Source: Trichinella spiralis
Taxonomy: Eukaryota
Direction of reading: 5' to 3'
DNA length: 64,000 bases
Assembly (NCBI RefSeq): GCF_000181795.1
Contig: NW_003526945.1
Span: 4,973,282-5,037,281, forward strand
Part shown: in pieces, positions 1 to 11,818 of the stretch
How positions within the stretch are numbered: position 1 is the stretch's first letter
Layout: every line of letters begins with the position of its first letter
The notes under the pieces: generated by a model
Databases searched by the model: none
What the model was told of the DNA's origin: nothing
Seen by the model: the letters and a program-made list of their open reading frames with translations, nothing else
Translations under genes and position numbers: made by a program

Positions 1-85
1 ATTAAATATTAAAAATTAAAACAAAATATGTCCACATCCTAACTTATACTATCAAAAAGGCATAAATATTTCATCTATTCTCAAG

Positions 86-181
86 GACAACGAAAAGAAC
101 TTTGAAAAGCATGTACAAATAATGGATGGATACTGTAAACGCGTCTGTAGACGGTGGCATCAATTGCGACAAATGAAATAG
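86..181 (+). CDS. Possible terminal exon of an upstream gene (DNEKNFEKHVQIMDGYCKRVCRRWHQLRQMK*)
   Basis: AAG acceptor at 83-85 opens a 32-codon frame ending in TAG at 179-181, followed by an AT-rich UTR-like stretch. No recognisable homology. Confidence 0.25.
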   Translation, partial: DNEKNFEKHVQIMDGYCKRVCRRWHQLRQMK

Positions 182-474
182 AAGTGTGTTGAAGTTGTAT
201 CATTTAGTTTTACAAAAGATTTGAAATATTTAACTTTAATATCAATTTAAAGCTTCAAAGTAAAGAAATTTGTCTTTTATTTCTTTTATTCTTAAGTTAA
301 CACACGAATGTTTGTTTCTGTTTTATCTTTTCTTGTCGAAAATGTTAGTAATTTAAAATGATGAAATGAGTTAACCGTCGAATATGGTGAATTCAAATCT
401 GCTAAAACAATTATTTATTTGTTTCTTTTGTACTTCTGGTATAATTTCAATAATGTTTATCATAGAATTTTGCG

Positions 475-3368
475 ATGTCACGTATCAAGAAAGACAGTGG
501 ACAGCTGAAAATAACAAATTTTTATCCGAACAGTCGCAGTTTGCCTTTTATAAGCCCTTTGGGAAAAAAATCGAAATTAATTGCATCTGATTCTAATGAA
601 CAAGTTGTAAGTTGATTTTAAGAATAAACAGTTTTCTACGATATTTAAAATCTGTTTAATATAGGAATCAACTTTGTCTGAAAAGTGGAATTTCATGAAA
701 CCGTACGATGAACCTCGTAGAAAGCGCACTGCAGTGGCTCGTCTAACTAAAACGGCTATAGGTAAAACATCGGGTAGTGAGCGTCCAACAAAAGCAAGGC
801 AGCTTCATTTCGGCAGTGATAATGTAATGATTTTTTTTTTGATTTTGAATATCATCATCACTTGATATTTAGTGTGAATTTGGCACATTTCACTCGAAAG
901 ACTCTGCATCGTCAGTTTCTAGCACTTCTGTCAATGGCATTGTTTTGTCACCAAAAGTAAACGATTAATTTTAATAATATCATGCTGTAACAGCTGAACG
1001 ATTTCTTTTAGGGAAAATCTGGAGGTTTGTCTTACGATGTGGATACTTTGCGAAATTGTTTGAAGAAAAGTGGAGCACGTAAAAATTTGAGTGCGGCTTT
1101 AAAAAATTACGAAGAAAACACAAATAGTCGTCTCGGAAACTTTATCAGTGCTCACGTTTCTCCAAAGAAATCACTATCTAGTGATTTCCAATCACCAAAG
1201 TATTATTCCAGTTCTTTTATTAGTTTTTTAAAAAAACTAAATTTGCGTCATATTTTATTATTTAGATGGGATGTTGCGTTTATGGGTCGTTACATTTGTA
1301 TATTACAATCGAGTTCTTTAATTTTAGATAATTACAGTGTCACTTAATGTTAATTTTTCTTTTTTTTTGAATTGTAATTGTTAGCTGAAAGCTGTTAGCA
1401 GCTGCAATTAAGAAATGTAAAAATAGCAGTGAATTCTACAGTATGCATGATGTGCAAGAATAATTGTTAAGGAACAGTTGAGTGATGTTTTGAAATTGAT
1501 TTTAATACATTGATACAAATGTAGTGTTCAGTTTGAAGTAAGCAAATGTGCACTGTAAAAATTCCCTTAAAATAAAATTTTTTAAATTGCCAATTTCAGA
1601 AAATTTGATTCACCACCAGCGCACGAGCAGCTGGCATCATTGGCTTCTGAACAGTCAGAATTAGCTTTGCCTGGGCATTTTTCCTTTTTGTTGGACACAT
1701 TTCGAGCTATGGATTTGGTAATATCGCTGTGTAATCGACGTGATCTGGTAACATTTGAAAATGTGAAAAAAAGTGTTGAGAAGCTTAATCGAAGGTTGGC
1801 ATGGGAGCAAAAGTTTTTACAATCATTGCATAATTGTTCTTAATTTAGAACTTTCACTCTACATCATCTCGGACAAATTAAGACTATTTATCCGAATGCG
1901 TATACCTTCAAGGTGAAAGAAAAGTCACGTGAATTTCGTAATATGGATGGTTCATATTATGATTTTATAATTATACCGAACGTCGATGATGGTAAATTGC
2001 GATTATACTTTTGCCCATTTGCACAGTATTTGTAATTTGATTTATAATTCGTATTATTGTTTTTTTGTCAAGATTTGGAATTGCCTGGTGATAGAAAATC
2101 AACGATCGATAACAAGTCGGAAACAGACTGCGCTAGTGTGGAGGTTCAGTTGCCATCCTCACCGACAGCGAACAAGCCTGGCACAAGCAATGTGATGGTT
2201 GTATCAAGAAAACTATTCACACCAGAACGTCTCCGATACCGTGCGAAATTATTCCACGAGAAATTGCTTGACATTGTTCGTGAACATCATAAGGTACAAT
2301 AATGGATTGCATTGATTATTTATTGTATATCTTCTGCATGTCATGCTTAGTTTTCTTTTCTGTTACAGAAGTTTCTGCAGTCGCTGAATCCTCCGGTAGA
2401 ATTGAGCGCTCAAGATGAAAATCGAATTCTTCGTTGGCACCCAAATTTTCATCTGGAAGAAGTTCCAGAAATTCCAGCATCAGAATTACCTGTCATTCCG
2501 CGACGTTCCAAGCCGGTAACTTGTGCGGAGTTTTTGGACCAATTGACAGACAAGACGAAGTTGGCTGATCCGGTAGTTTATATGGATATTTGATTTTTGA
2601 TACTGTTCATTTTTATATGAAATAAGTTTCAGATTTATGATGCTTTGAAAAAAGTTGCGAGTGCTGCAGCAAGTGATATTAAAACGGAAGTTTCGGAAAT
2701 TGACTTGAAAGATACGAACATGCAGGTGAAGAAGAAAAATGCCATACCAGCTGCGGTTTTGGAAAAGGTTTATTTTCATTGTTATTGTTGTTTATGTAGT
2801 TTGTTTGTTTATTTAATATTGTTTTCTTTTTCATCTTTTTTGACGTTATCTTTTCAATAGGTGAGAGCCAGAGAGGCAATGAAAAAGAAAGAACTTATGT
2901 TTAGAACATCAAAGGAAACTCAACTTGCTTTGCGAAAATCTCGTTTGCTAGACATTGCTCGTATATTGAAATTGTACGTTTAAAGTTTAAAGTTGATAAA
3001 CAAAAGAATATTTAAATTTGGAACAAAAATTATCTTTTCTAGAGCATATCTGATCGAAGGAAAAACAAGCATGCATATGGATGACATTACAACGCAGTTG
3101 AGAAATTCTTACAAATCATTGCTTTCAAAAGGTAAGTTGAAGCATTGGTGAATTGAATTGTGAAGTTTGATTAAATTCAGACGAAATAATGGAACATCTG
3201 AAGTTGCTTTGTGATTTGGTACCGACATGGATTAAAAGTTATAATTTGGATAAGATGGGAATGTATTTCAAGATTGCAAGTGAAGAAACGGAAGGCACGT
3301 TGAAGAAGTTGGAAGTTATAGCTGAAGAATCTCGCGCTTATCTTTCCTGCAGTTCAACAGGAAGTTAA
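475..3368 (+). CDS. cdt1: DNA replication licensing factor Cdt1 (about 12 exons)
   Basis: Exons approx. 475-606, 665-823, 873-956, 1012-1199, 1600-1794, 1849-1991, 2072-2293, then further exons to TAA at 3366-3368. Geminin-binding winged-helix signature PAHEQLASLA..LALPGHFSFLLDTFRAMDLVISL..TFENVKKSVEKLNRRTFTLHHLGQIKTIYP; LLDIVREHH..RWHPNFHLEEVPEI; N-terminal PIP degron QLKITNFYPNSR; RxL motif RQLHF. Confidence 0.93.
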
Positions 3369-4386
3369 ATATTTTTATTTTAATGCATCATCTTTTAAAA
3401 TCATTACTTAAAGTAATTTTTTTACTTTTGACTTGTAACTTTACCATTTTTAACTATTGTACGCGTCAGTAGCATATACCTCGTGGTGTAGGTCTGTTAT
3501 TTGTTTACAGTTATTGATAACAGCAATTGCTTATTCTTTCAAACTATGTACTGATTTAAATATTCTCAGTTGCATTTAATTTTGCTACTTATAGTTGTTT
3601 TAAGAAGTGTTTTATTTCAACTACCACAGTAATTTAGTTTATGGAAAAAATATTGAACATTTTTTGTTTCCATTTGTGTATAAATGCTATATGATGGAGA
3701 AATCTTTGAAATGTGAATGAATATATCAATCTTAATAATAAAATTTGTAAAAATTGTTTATTTAATTTTTCAGCTTTCCTCAAATCAATTTTGTGCAAAC
3801 GAGAAATTTTTTTCATATAAGATTTAAAATTCTGGCTGTTAATGTACCAGTTTTACAGAAAGTATTGTTTTAACTGTGGTAAGTAAATTTTTCAGTTCTT
3901 GGAATGTAGTTCATTTTTAGCTGGATCTTCTAAATTAATTCTTGAAGAAATATTATTTTCTATGGTATGGAAAATGTATACTAAGAAAATTTACGAGCAG
4001 CATGTGAAATGCTGTAAACTTCGTTAGTCAAGTTAAATAAAAGTGTTTATTTCATTGAACACGGAAGTGATTCATTTTGTATACTTTTTGATGTTTGTTT
4101 GTTTCATCTTAAAAGTGCGATCATGCGGGGGAAAGGTGTGGTCATCATTTGTGCAAATATAAATAATTTAATGACACTGAGTAATTTTCCCAAATCAGCT
4201 TCGAATGATTCATATGTTGTAAATGCTTTAGGGCTTATAAAAATTGCCCTTTACAGAATCACTTTACTCATAGAAGGAAAGTCTTGTTGTTGAGGGCCAA
4301 AATTCACCAACATTTACTTCATTTTTATACTAATTCAAAAGAAATTGGAATAGTTACTTTTTCAGTATCAGTAAAAAAAAGAGAAA

Positions 4387-5669
4387 ATGTTAGCATTGTT
4401 GATTTTCTTCATTTCAAAATCTCTAATCGCAGCTGACAATCCAGGTACGTACAGATTTGAAACTGTATATTTGAAATGCAATTAACTTTACTTTTTTAAC
4501 TCTCAATTGTAATTGATATTCTACTAATGGAAGAAGATAACTTGAGAAAACCGTTTCAAGAAGCCTTTTTCTTGTATTTTTACAGCGCCATTTTCATGCA
4601 TTACTTGTGCAAGCAAAGAACTTCAGAAAGCGTGGCACCTGACTTCATTTCCTCGGATGATGGAAGAAGACAGTTTTACTTTACAATGTTCAGATAAACA
4701 AGTAGCAACAGTAGAATCATGCAGTACTCTGTGTGTGGCAATGGTTATGAATAAACCATCACTGGGTAAGTTTGGTGAAGTACAAAATGATTATTTAATG
4801 CATAAGGTGACCCTTTAAGTAAAGTAATATTTTTACCGCTATTTCATACCAGCAAATGAAGTTCATCATCGTATATAACTTTTGCTTTGTACTTTTACTT
4901 ACTGTTATGATTCGAAAGTGCCATTTCATTGCTAATATATTTATAAGATGGAAAAGAAGAGACCCTTTATGTCCGAGGGTGTTTGGATAGATTGTATGGC
5001 GCGGGAGAAATTGACAAATCTTACGCTTCAAAGTGTCAAGAAGGAAGAGTTTCACATTTCGATTCACAAAACAAGCGCATTCGAAGTAAAGCTTTAGTTT
5101 ATTTTTGTGACTCCGACAGATGCAACGCTGGCTCATATGAAGACTTAAAAGGGTTTTGTAAAAAGCAGGATACGAGTAAGCTAAAAAATAATTTCTAACT
5201 GACAATTGCTTAACATCGATTAATTTATTATAGAATTGATTGATTGTTACGAATGTGCAGACGGCGATAAATGCGATCGTGGTCATTCGTGTTCTGGTGA
5301 ATTTTGTTTGAAGACAGTAACCAAAATAAACGGTATGCTTTTGTTTTCAATTTTTTGTAAAGCTTATGTTGAGCAAAAATTAATTTTATTTAATGATCTG
5401 TTGAAGAGGTGGCGCAAACAATAAGGACGTGCTCTTCAATTAATCCATTAGCTCCAGTAAAGGAATTTGGAAACGATAAAGCTATCTGTGCGCATATAGA
5501 AATGGAAAATCACATGTGGACTCGCCTTGCAAAGCCCAATATACGGATAGCTTCTGATCATTGTTACTGCCAAGACAACTATTGCAACAGCGCGAACTTT
5601 CTCACGCTAAGTGGAATGGCAATTATTACTTTTATTTTTTTATTAGGCAGTACATGTGTAATGCTGTAA
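4387..5669 (+). CDS. Secreted/GPI-anchored protein with two Ly6/uPAR (three-finger)-like Cys-rich domains
   Basis: Exons approx. 4387-4444 (signal peptide MLALLIFFISKSLIAA), 4586-4766, 4948-5175, 5234-5332, 5407-5669. Domain 1: CITC...RGC...FCDSDRCN. Domain 2: CYEC...RTC...CYCQDNYCN. Hydrophobic C-terminal tail after NSA. Confidence 0.8.
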
Positions 5670-7984
5670 TTGTTAAGTATTTCCATTAACACTTATTGTA
5701 ATTATAGTAAACGTTCAATATAGTCACTTATTTAAACGCTGATTTATATCTATTGTACTTAAAAATTCTTCTCAACTCATCCTATCATGTATAATGTAGG
5801 ATGCATTAGCTTAAATATATTTAAATTTAGGAATATCTTTGAAAAGATTTTCTGTTATTAAGTTCTGGTTTTAATGGAACTTTTTATTCTACTGCAAAAA
5901 AATCCAATGTTTTTTCTTGAAACTGCAAACACCTAAGGTAAATAATTACATTTGCGTTTACTTGTTTGCAAAAGTCATGTATTTTGAAAATAAGTAAATT
6001 TGCTTGTTCATCTGAGTCATGTCAGTAACTGCTTTTCTGTCTACAGATAAATCACACGAATTCTTAAATTCTGAACTAGGCGATTTATTTCCTACAACAA
6101 AAATTATTGAATATAGTATTGTCCTATTTGAAAGATGAGTTAAATTCACGTAATTAGTGTCTCTGACATTGTTAAATAGTATTTATGAATTATATCCAAT
6201 GCAATAATTCATATTTAAAATTAATTTCACTTTTATATTTCTTGCTTTTGTACGTTTATCATTAAAATTTTAATTTTTCAATATACCTGTGGAATTTATC
6301 AATTTATTTAAAGCAAACCCCTAATCTTTTTGCTGCATCTGATCAGTGCTGCTTTCAAGTTTACTTTTTTTAAAATTATAACCCATGCAATGTTGTTCAA
6401 ATTATTGCATTCTTCATTACTAGAAAATTACGTGCAAATTGAACTATTTATTTACATGTCAGTTGTGTCTTAATCTGATTTGAAAGAGTTGAAGACGAAT
6501 TATCAGGAGGAAGCTTTCAAAAGAACAACGACTTAGCTAACAACATTTGAGCAGCAGATAAATCTTTATAGGCATCCTGTTTTCTTTGCCGACGTTGTTG
6601 CCGCGTTTGCTACATGTGTGTTGAAAGTTTAGATTTGAAAAATTAGTGTTTGCAAAAGTTTATAGTTTTATAAGAAAAAATTTATTTATGGCATTATAAA
6701 ATGCGGAAGTATAGTCATGTGAGATGTTTCATGAATACACTGGTAATGTTCTATTTTGTAGCGGGAAACAAATTTAGAAAATACTTTCAGCTTTCAAATA
6801 ATCCTTTTCTCTATTTATTAACAGAAACTGATAAAAATATCCCCATGTGTAAACTGCTGAGCTAGTGCCAGATTGCAAAGTTGTTTAGGAGAAGTTACAG
6901 CGTAGTGAAAGTGATTTACTTCATATGTAGCCAACTGAAAATGCCTTCTCATTTAAAAGTTAAACATTATTTTGACATTTAAAAAATTAAAATTTCAAAC
7001 ATCAGTATTTATTTTTACCGCTAGTACGGATATTCAAATTCATGGTTTAAATGGTACGTGAACTGATGAAAAAGAGAATTAATAACACGATAGGCATGTG
7101 ACTTTTTTTGAAACGCGAATTTATTATTGTTCTTCATAAAATTTTTTAGTTTTTATTTTACTGAAGAACTCTGAAATGTATAAAAAGCTGGAGATTGCTG
7201 TGCATGGCGCACGTCAAAGTCTGCTGAACGTCTTCCAAGGTTTTAGAATCAATAAAAGTAATATTCTTTCTTTATTTTTTGAATCCCATTCAGCGTATAG
7301 TATTTATTCATTATTCTAAATTGAGTTTGTAATTTTTCATATGTGAAATCAATTTAGAAGATCCTCAATTGGTATTTTATGCACGCAATAAATGCATGTA
7401 TCTTGGATGAATAATTAACACGTGCTATATTTCATATCATTTATAATTTTGGATTATTGAAGAAAATCTCACAGCTTATTTTTATTGAAATGTTGTTGCA
7501 ATGTGCCATTCATTTTCATTTTCTTCACTAATTTTGAATTCTATCAGTTTTGAGGTTTCTAAGTATAACATATTATCCATGTGCACATAATTGTGCATAT
7601 TAAAGAATTGCACTGTTTGAATTGCATTTAAGATATTTGCATTACATGAAAGAGGAATGTCTTTTCTTATGAAATTAAACTGTCATTCAGATATACTAAA
7701 AATGCTATGCAACATCACAGCACCTAGAGAAAGAGCAAATAAGTATAATCAGCAAGCTGTTGAATAAAATGAAAATAGCTTGGGAAGAAGGTGAAATTGG
7801 CACTGGTTAAACGATGAGGTTGATTGGCTGTCAATTTTCATGCGTTGCTTTATAAATTAAATTATGCAAGAAACATGCTGTTGTTCCAGGAATTGAGAAT
7901 AGCGTTTACTCCACAAACAACATTTAACTAACAACTTCATTGGCACATTTTGTACTCTGTGTTAGCTGCTCTGAATTCAGAAAA

Positions 7985-9460
7985 ATGGTAAGCATTGGAA
8001 TTTTGAAAGATCATTTGTCCAAGTGCACACTCAATATGGAAAATGGTGGTCAACTACTTGCAAAGTAAGTGCAATATATTCGATTGCAATTTAAAATTAA
8101 TTGTTTTTCCTCTTATGAGATGCTTAAGCGGTGGAGATCACTAAAGTATGATAACGCTTTGCTTTTGGAACACTGCATTTTGTTAATGAAATTGTTTGGA
8201 TTTCATTCATCTTGTAAAACTATTTTGAATATACTTTTCATGCATATATACATGCAGTGTATACATCTAACATAAATAACAGTATAAGCAGTATATGTAC
8301 ATATATATATATATATATATATGTGTGTTTGTATATGGGTATGTAAATTTCATGAAATTATGATGCGCATGTTGTATTGAAATTATTTTATATGTTAACG
8401 TTTTATGTTATAAAATGGAATGATTTCAATCACTGTGAAAGGAAAATGGAGTGCGTCATGCGAATTTTAAGCGAAGCATCATAGTGAAATTAGAGTGACC
8501 ATAATTAGATGCTTTTATGCAAAAATGCAGTGCAGTTCGAAAAGATAAGAAGTTCAAAATGATATTTCACAGTTTTTGTACAAGAGCAACACGATGTATA
8601 AATTTAAAAAGATGTTATGTATTTTTAATTAAAATTTAGCGTTTTCAAAGCCAATCCTGAATTGAGAAAATTTTACGACGTTGAAGACATTGATCCAGAC
8701 GATACCAAAAAGAGTCGTCTCATACAACAAGCTGGCGGGAACCTTTTGAATAGCGTCACTTTCATGGTCAACAATTATGATAATGAACGAAGCTTTAAGC
8801 AAGAAATCAAAGAGCAAATTTGTGATCTTCGAGAAAAGGGGATGAAATTAGAAGATGCTCGAGTAAGTAGTTTTTGTGCCTTGTTTTTCAATAAATTATT
8901 TCAAATAATTTCATCTTAAATTTCAATTTACTATACATGTGAGTAATTTTGAGTTTAATTGGTTTAATAGAGAATTTCATATCGTTTGCAAATGTCCACG
9001 AATGCATTAGTTTACGCAACAATTTTAAAAGCTTTAAACACTTTAAAGTTAAACATTAACTTGAAATATCAGATCTAGAAGGAAAATTTCCAAGTAATTT
9101 AACATTTTGAATTGCTTGCATACATTACTTTCCTGAGCTAACTCAGTTTTTTTATTAAAATGAATATTTAATTTTTGCTTGATATCAAGGCAACATTTAT
9201 GAAATCAAATTACAAAACAACGTATAAATTGAAAAAATTTTCAAATCATAAAACTTATATTAAAATGGTGTTGTTTCATGGCAACTGTTCTGTTTCATTG
9301 TTAACATAACATTGTTATTATAATTTAGAAATTGAAAACTGGATTTGTGAATTACGTTAAAAGCAAATTAAGCCAACCAATGACAGCTAAAGAAGAAAAA
9401 GAATGGGATATGTTTTTTCAAAGATTTTTTGACGCTCTTAAGCAGCATGGACTCCAATGA
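7985..9460 (+). CDS. Single-domain nematode globin-fold protein (144 aa) lacking the proximal F8 His
   Basis: Exons 7985-8064, 8640-8862 and 9329-9460 join in frame: MVSIGILKDHLSKCTLNMENGGQLLANVFKANPELRKFYDVEDIDPDDTKKSRLIQQAGGNLLNSVTFMVNNYDNERSFKQEIKEQICDLREKGMKLEDARKLKTGFVNYVKSKLSQPMTAKEEKEWDMFFQRFFDALKQHGLQ*. It matches the nematode body-wall globin pattern (F..NPELRK, YDN..F, H8 Trp). The introns fall at the canonical globin positions B12.2 and G7.0. Confidence 0.85.
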
Positions 9461-11786
9461 TGCAGAGACGGCAGTAAATATGGTTAATTAGAGCATTAGC
9501 AATACTTTCGTTTTATAAAGATACATTTGACGAGCTAATAACAAATAGCAACAGATGGTTTCTACTTCTCACGTGTTGAAAATTTATGAGGCGCTTCACA
9601 AATATGATAGGCAGGTTTCTTTATTTGCTTGCAGCTTTTGAACAATCTTGATTTTATCTTATAAACATTTTCTCATGCAATAAACGTTTATTTAGAACAT
9701 AGATCCAAATTGACTTGGTGAAATTGAACGTTGCACGTTAAAAATATTGAAGTAAATGCAACGGAAAATATGTTTTCTTTTTTTCAATTCAAATTTACCC
9801 ACCAATCAGCCACCTAGCAATTAACAAATTCGTTATGATAATGCAAAATGGTGCTTTGAGGATAAATTGACTGTCCATTTTCAACATCAGCCTGCCTCAT
9901 TCGTGCAATCATACTTTTCAAAAGTTTATCATCTGAGGCGTCAATGATCTTACAATGTAAAGTAAATGATAAATGGCAAGCATTAGCTTCGATAAATATA
10001 TTTGCAATGTCAACTGCTTATGCTCAATTAAAACGTGACCTTCATGACGAATTGCTGATCTCCCTCATCAAATGAATCACATAATTCACTGTTTTAGGGC
10101 TTTGATTCGGTTATAAAAAATTCGAATATACACTATGTTATCAGTAGCTGATTTGGTTTTATCTGATAAAAGGAAGGTGGCAGTTAAAATACAATCTTTA
10201 ATTAAATTGTTTGACTGAATTCTGAAGTTCACAAATAATATGCAAAGCATACACAATGATTATGCAGAATAATCATTTATAATAAATGAAAAGATTGCAA
10301 AAATGCAGCTGAACTGAAGCTGAAACAGAATATTTCAACTTTGAAGGTTTTTGCATGTACTGAAACAAGGTTAGTGTTTTGTTATTCAATATATTACATT
10401 GCAAATAAGAATCTGAATAAGAAAAAACAAAGTGGTTATTGGCTATAATACCTAGGCAAGCTTATTTAACTAGTGAATAGAGTTTGTCAAAAGTGAAATT
10501 TTTCAGAAATAAAACAACTATCATGAACTGTTTTATCATGAAAGTTTGTCGTGAAGAAGAAATTTGATAGCCATATTTTTGAAATATGCAATAAATATAC
10601 AAAAAAGTGAAATCTTTTCTACAAAATTCCATCACTTATTTTGCATATGCATGCAATGCAACAACTTCCAAGAATATATTTTGGTTCTGATCGAAAAAAT
10701 AAGAAATTTTAATTTAATATACAAAAAAAGTAGATGATGCTCTTTCAAGTTTTTTCTGATAGTACTTCTACATCATCAGAGGGCATATTGAAATGACTTG
10801 TTCCGCAAATTCATAAATTTTCCTATTTAAATATTTGCGCAAAAGTTAGATTAATTCCGGTGAAACAGTGATGCGTGTGCATTTCAGCAAAGTTTATTTA
10901 CGTAAGCAGCGTTCGACAGAGTTAGCTATGTTACAATGTCTGATTTGGTAATTGAAAAGGTTTTAATGGTAAATGGCATGCTTAAACAAAAGCAACTGAA
11001 ATATGCTTCCTCATGCTCGAGCTTCAAAGAGCCTTGGTCACGGTCCAGTAACCAACCGCCTGACCAAGGCTTTGTTTATTTAACTGCGTCTGGTTAGCTT
11101 GACTTCGGTCCATTAGCGCCGCTCTCAGAAGGGAATCGAAACTGCTTCGATTAATGTCAATGAAACAATTCTCTTGCGTAGCTGAGAACGGCAAGCAGCA
11201 GATCACCAAATTCAAATTCATTTGCTCTGGATTCATATAAAGCAACAGAACAAAGCTTCTTCATCGATCAGTGAATGCTACCAGAGTCAAACAGAGGTAA
11301 GTTTGAAGGGTGAGGGGCAAAAAAAAGAGACATCCAATCATGGACAGAAGTGCACCGGCAATTTTGACTACCGACAACAAAATTGACTGCCAGTGCAAAC
11401 GAACATACACCACCACATCAATGAGACTCGAACTTAGCCAACAAACGCTATCGTCTGGTCTCTTGAGCTGAACAACCTACTTTTGATTTTGATTTGGAAA
11501 TTATCTTAGAGCACGGCAGTATTTGAGTGAGAAATCAATCCGTGATTCATCAAAATGGATACGGGCAAAAATCTTTGACAGGCAATTAAAAGTTCAGCAC
11601 GGCAAACGCGACGTACCTCGAGTTTCAGCAATTATCACTTGCAGAAGAGCCCTGCAATTGAGGGCGATATGAAGCAATTTGATTGCAATAAAAAAGACAT
11701 TTTTTCCAAAATCTGTTTTACATCCGTTTTTTATTTGCTTATTTCCGTTCAGCATCTTTCAATCCACACTGGTAAGTACTAATTTT

Positions 11787-11818
11787 ATACTATACTATAC
11801 TATACTATACTATACTAT
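11787..11818. repeat. (TACTA)n pentanucleotide microsatellite
   Basis: About six copies of tacta, directly visible. Confidence 0.9.

Noticed and set aside
4795..5286. 163-aa minus-strand ORF
   Set aside because: Antisense to Ly6 gene exons and introns; no recognisable protein features.
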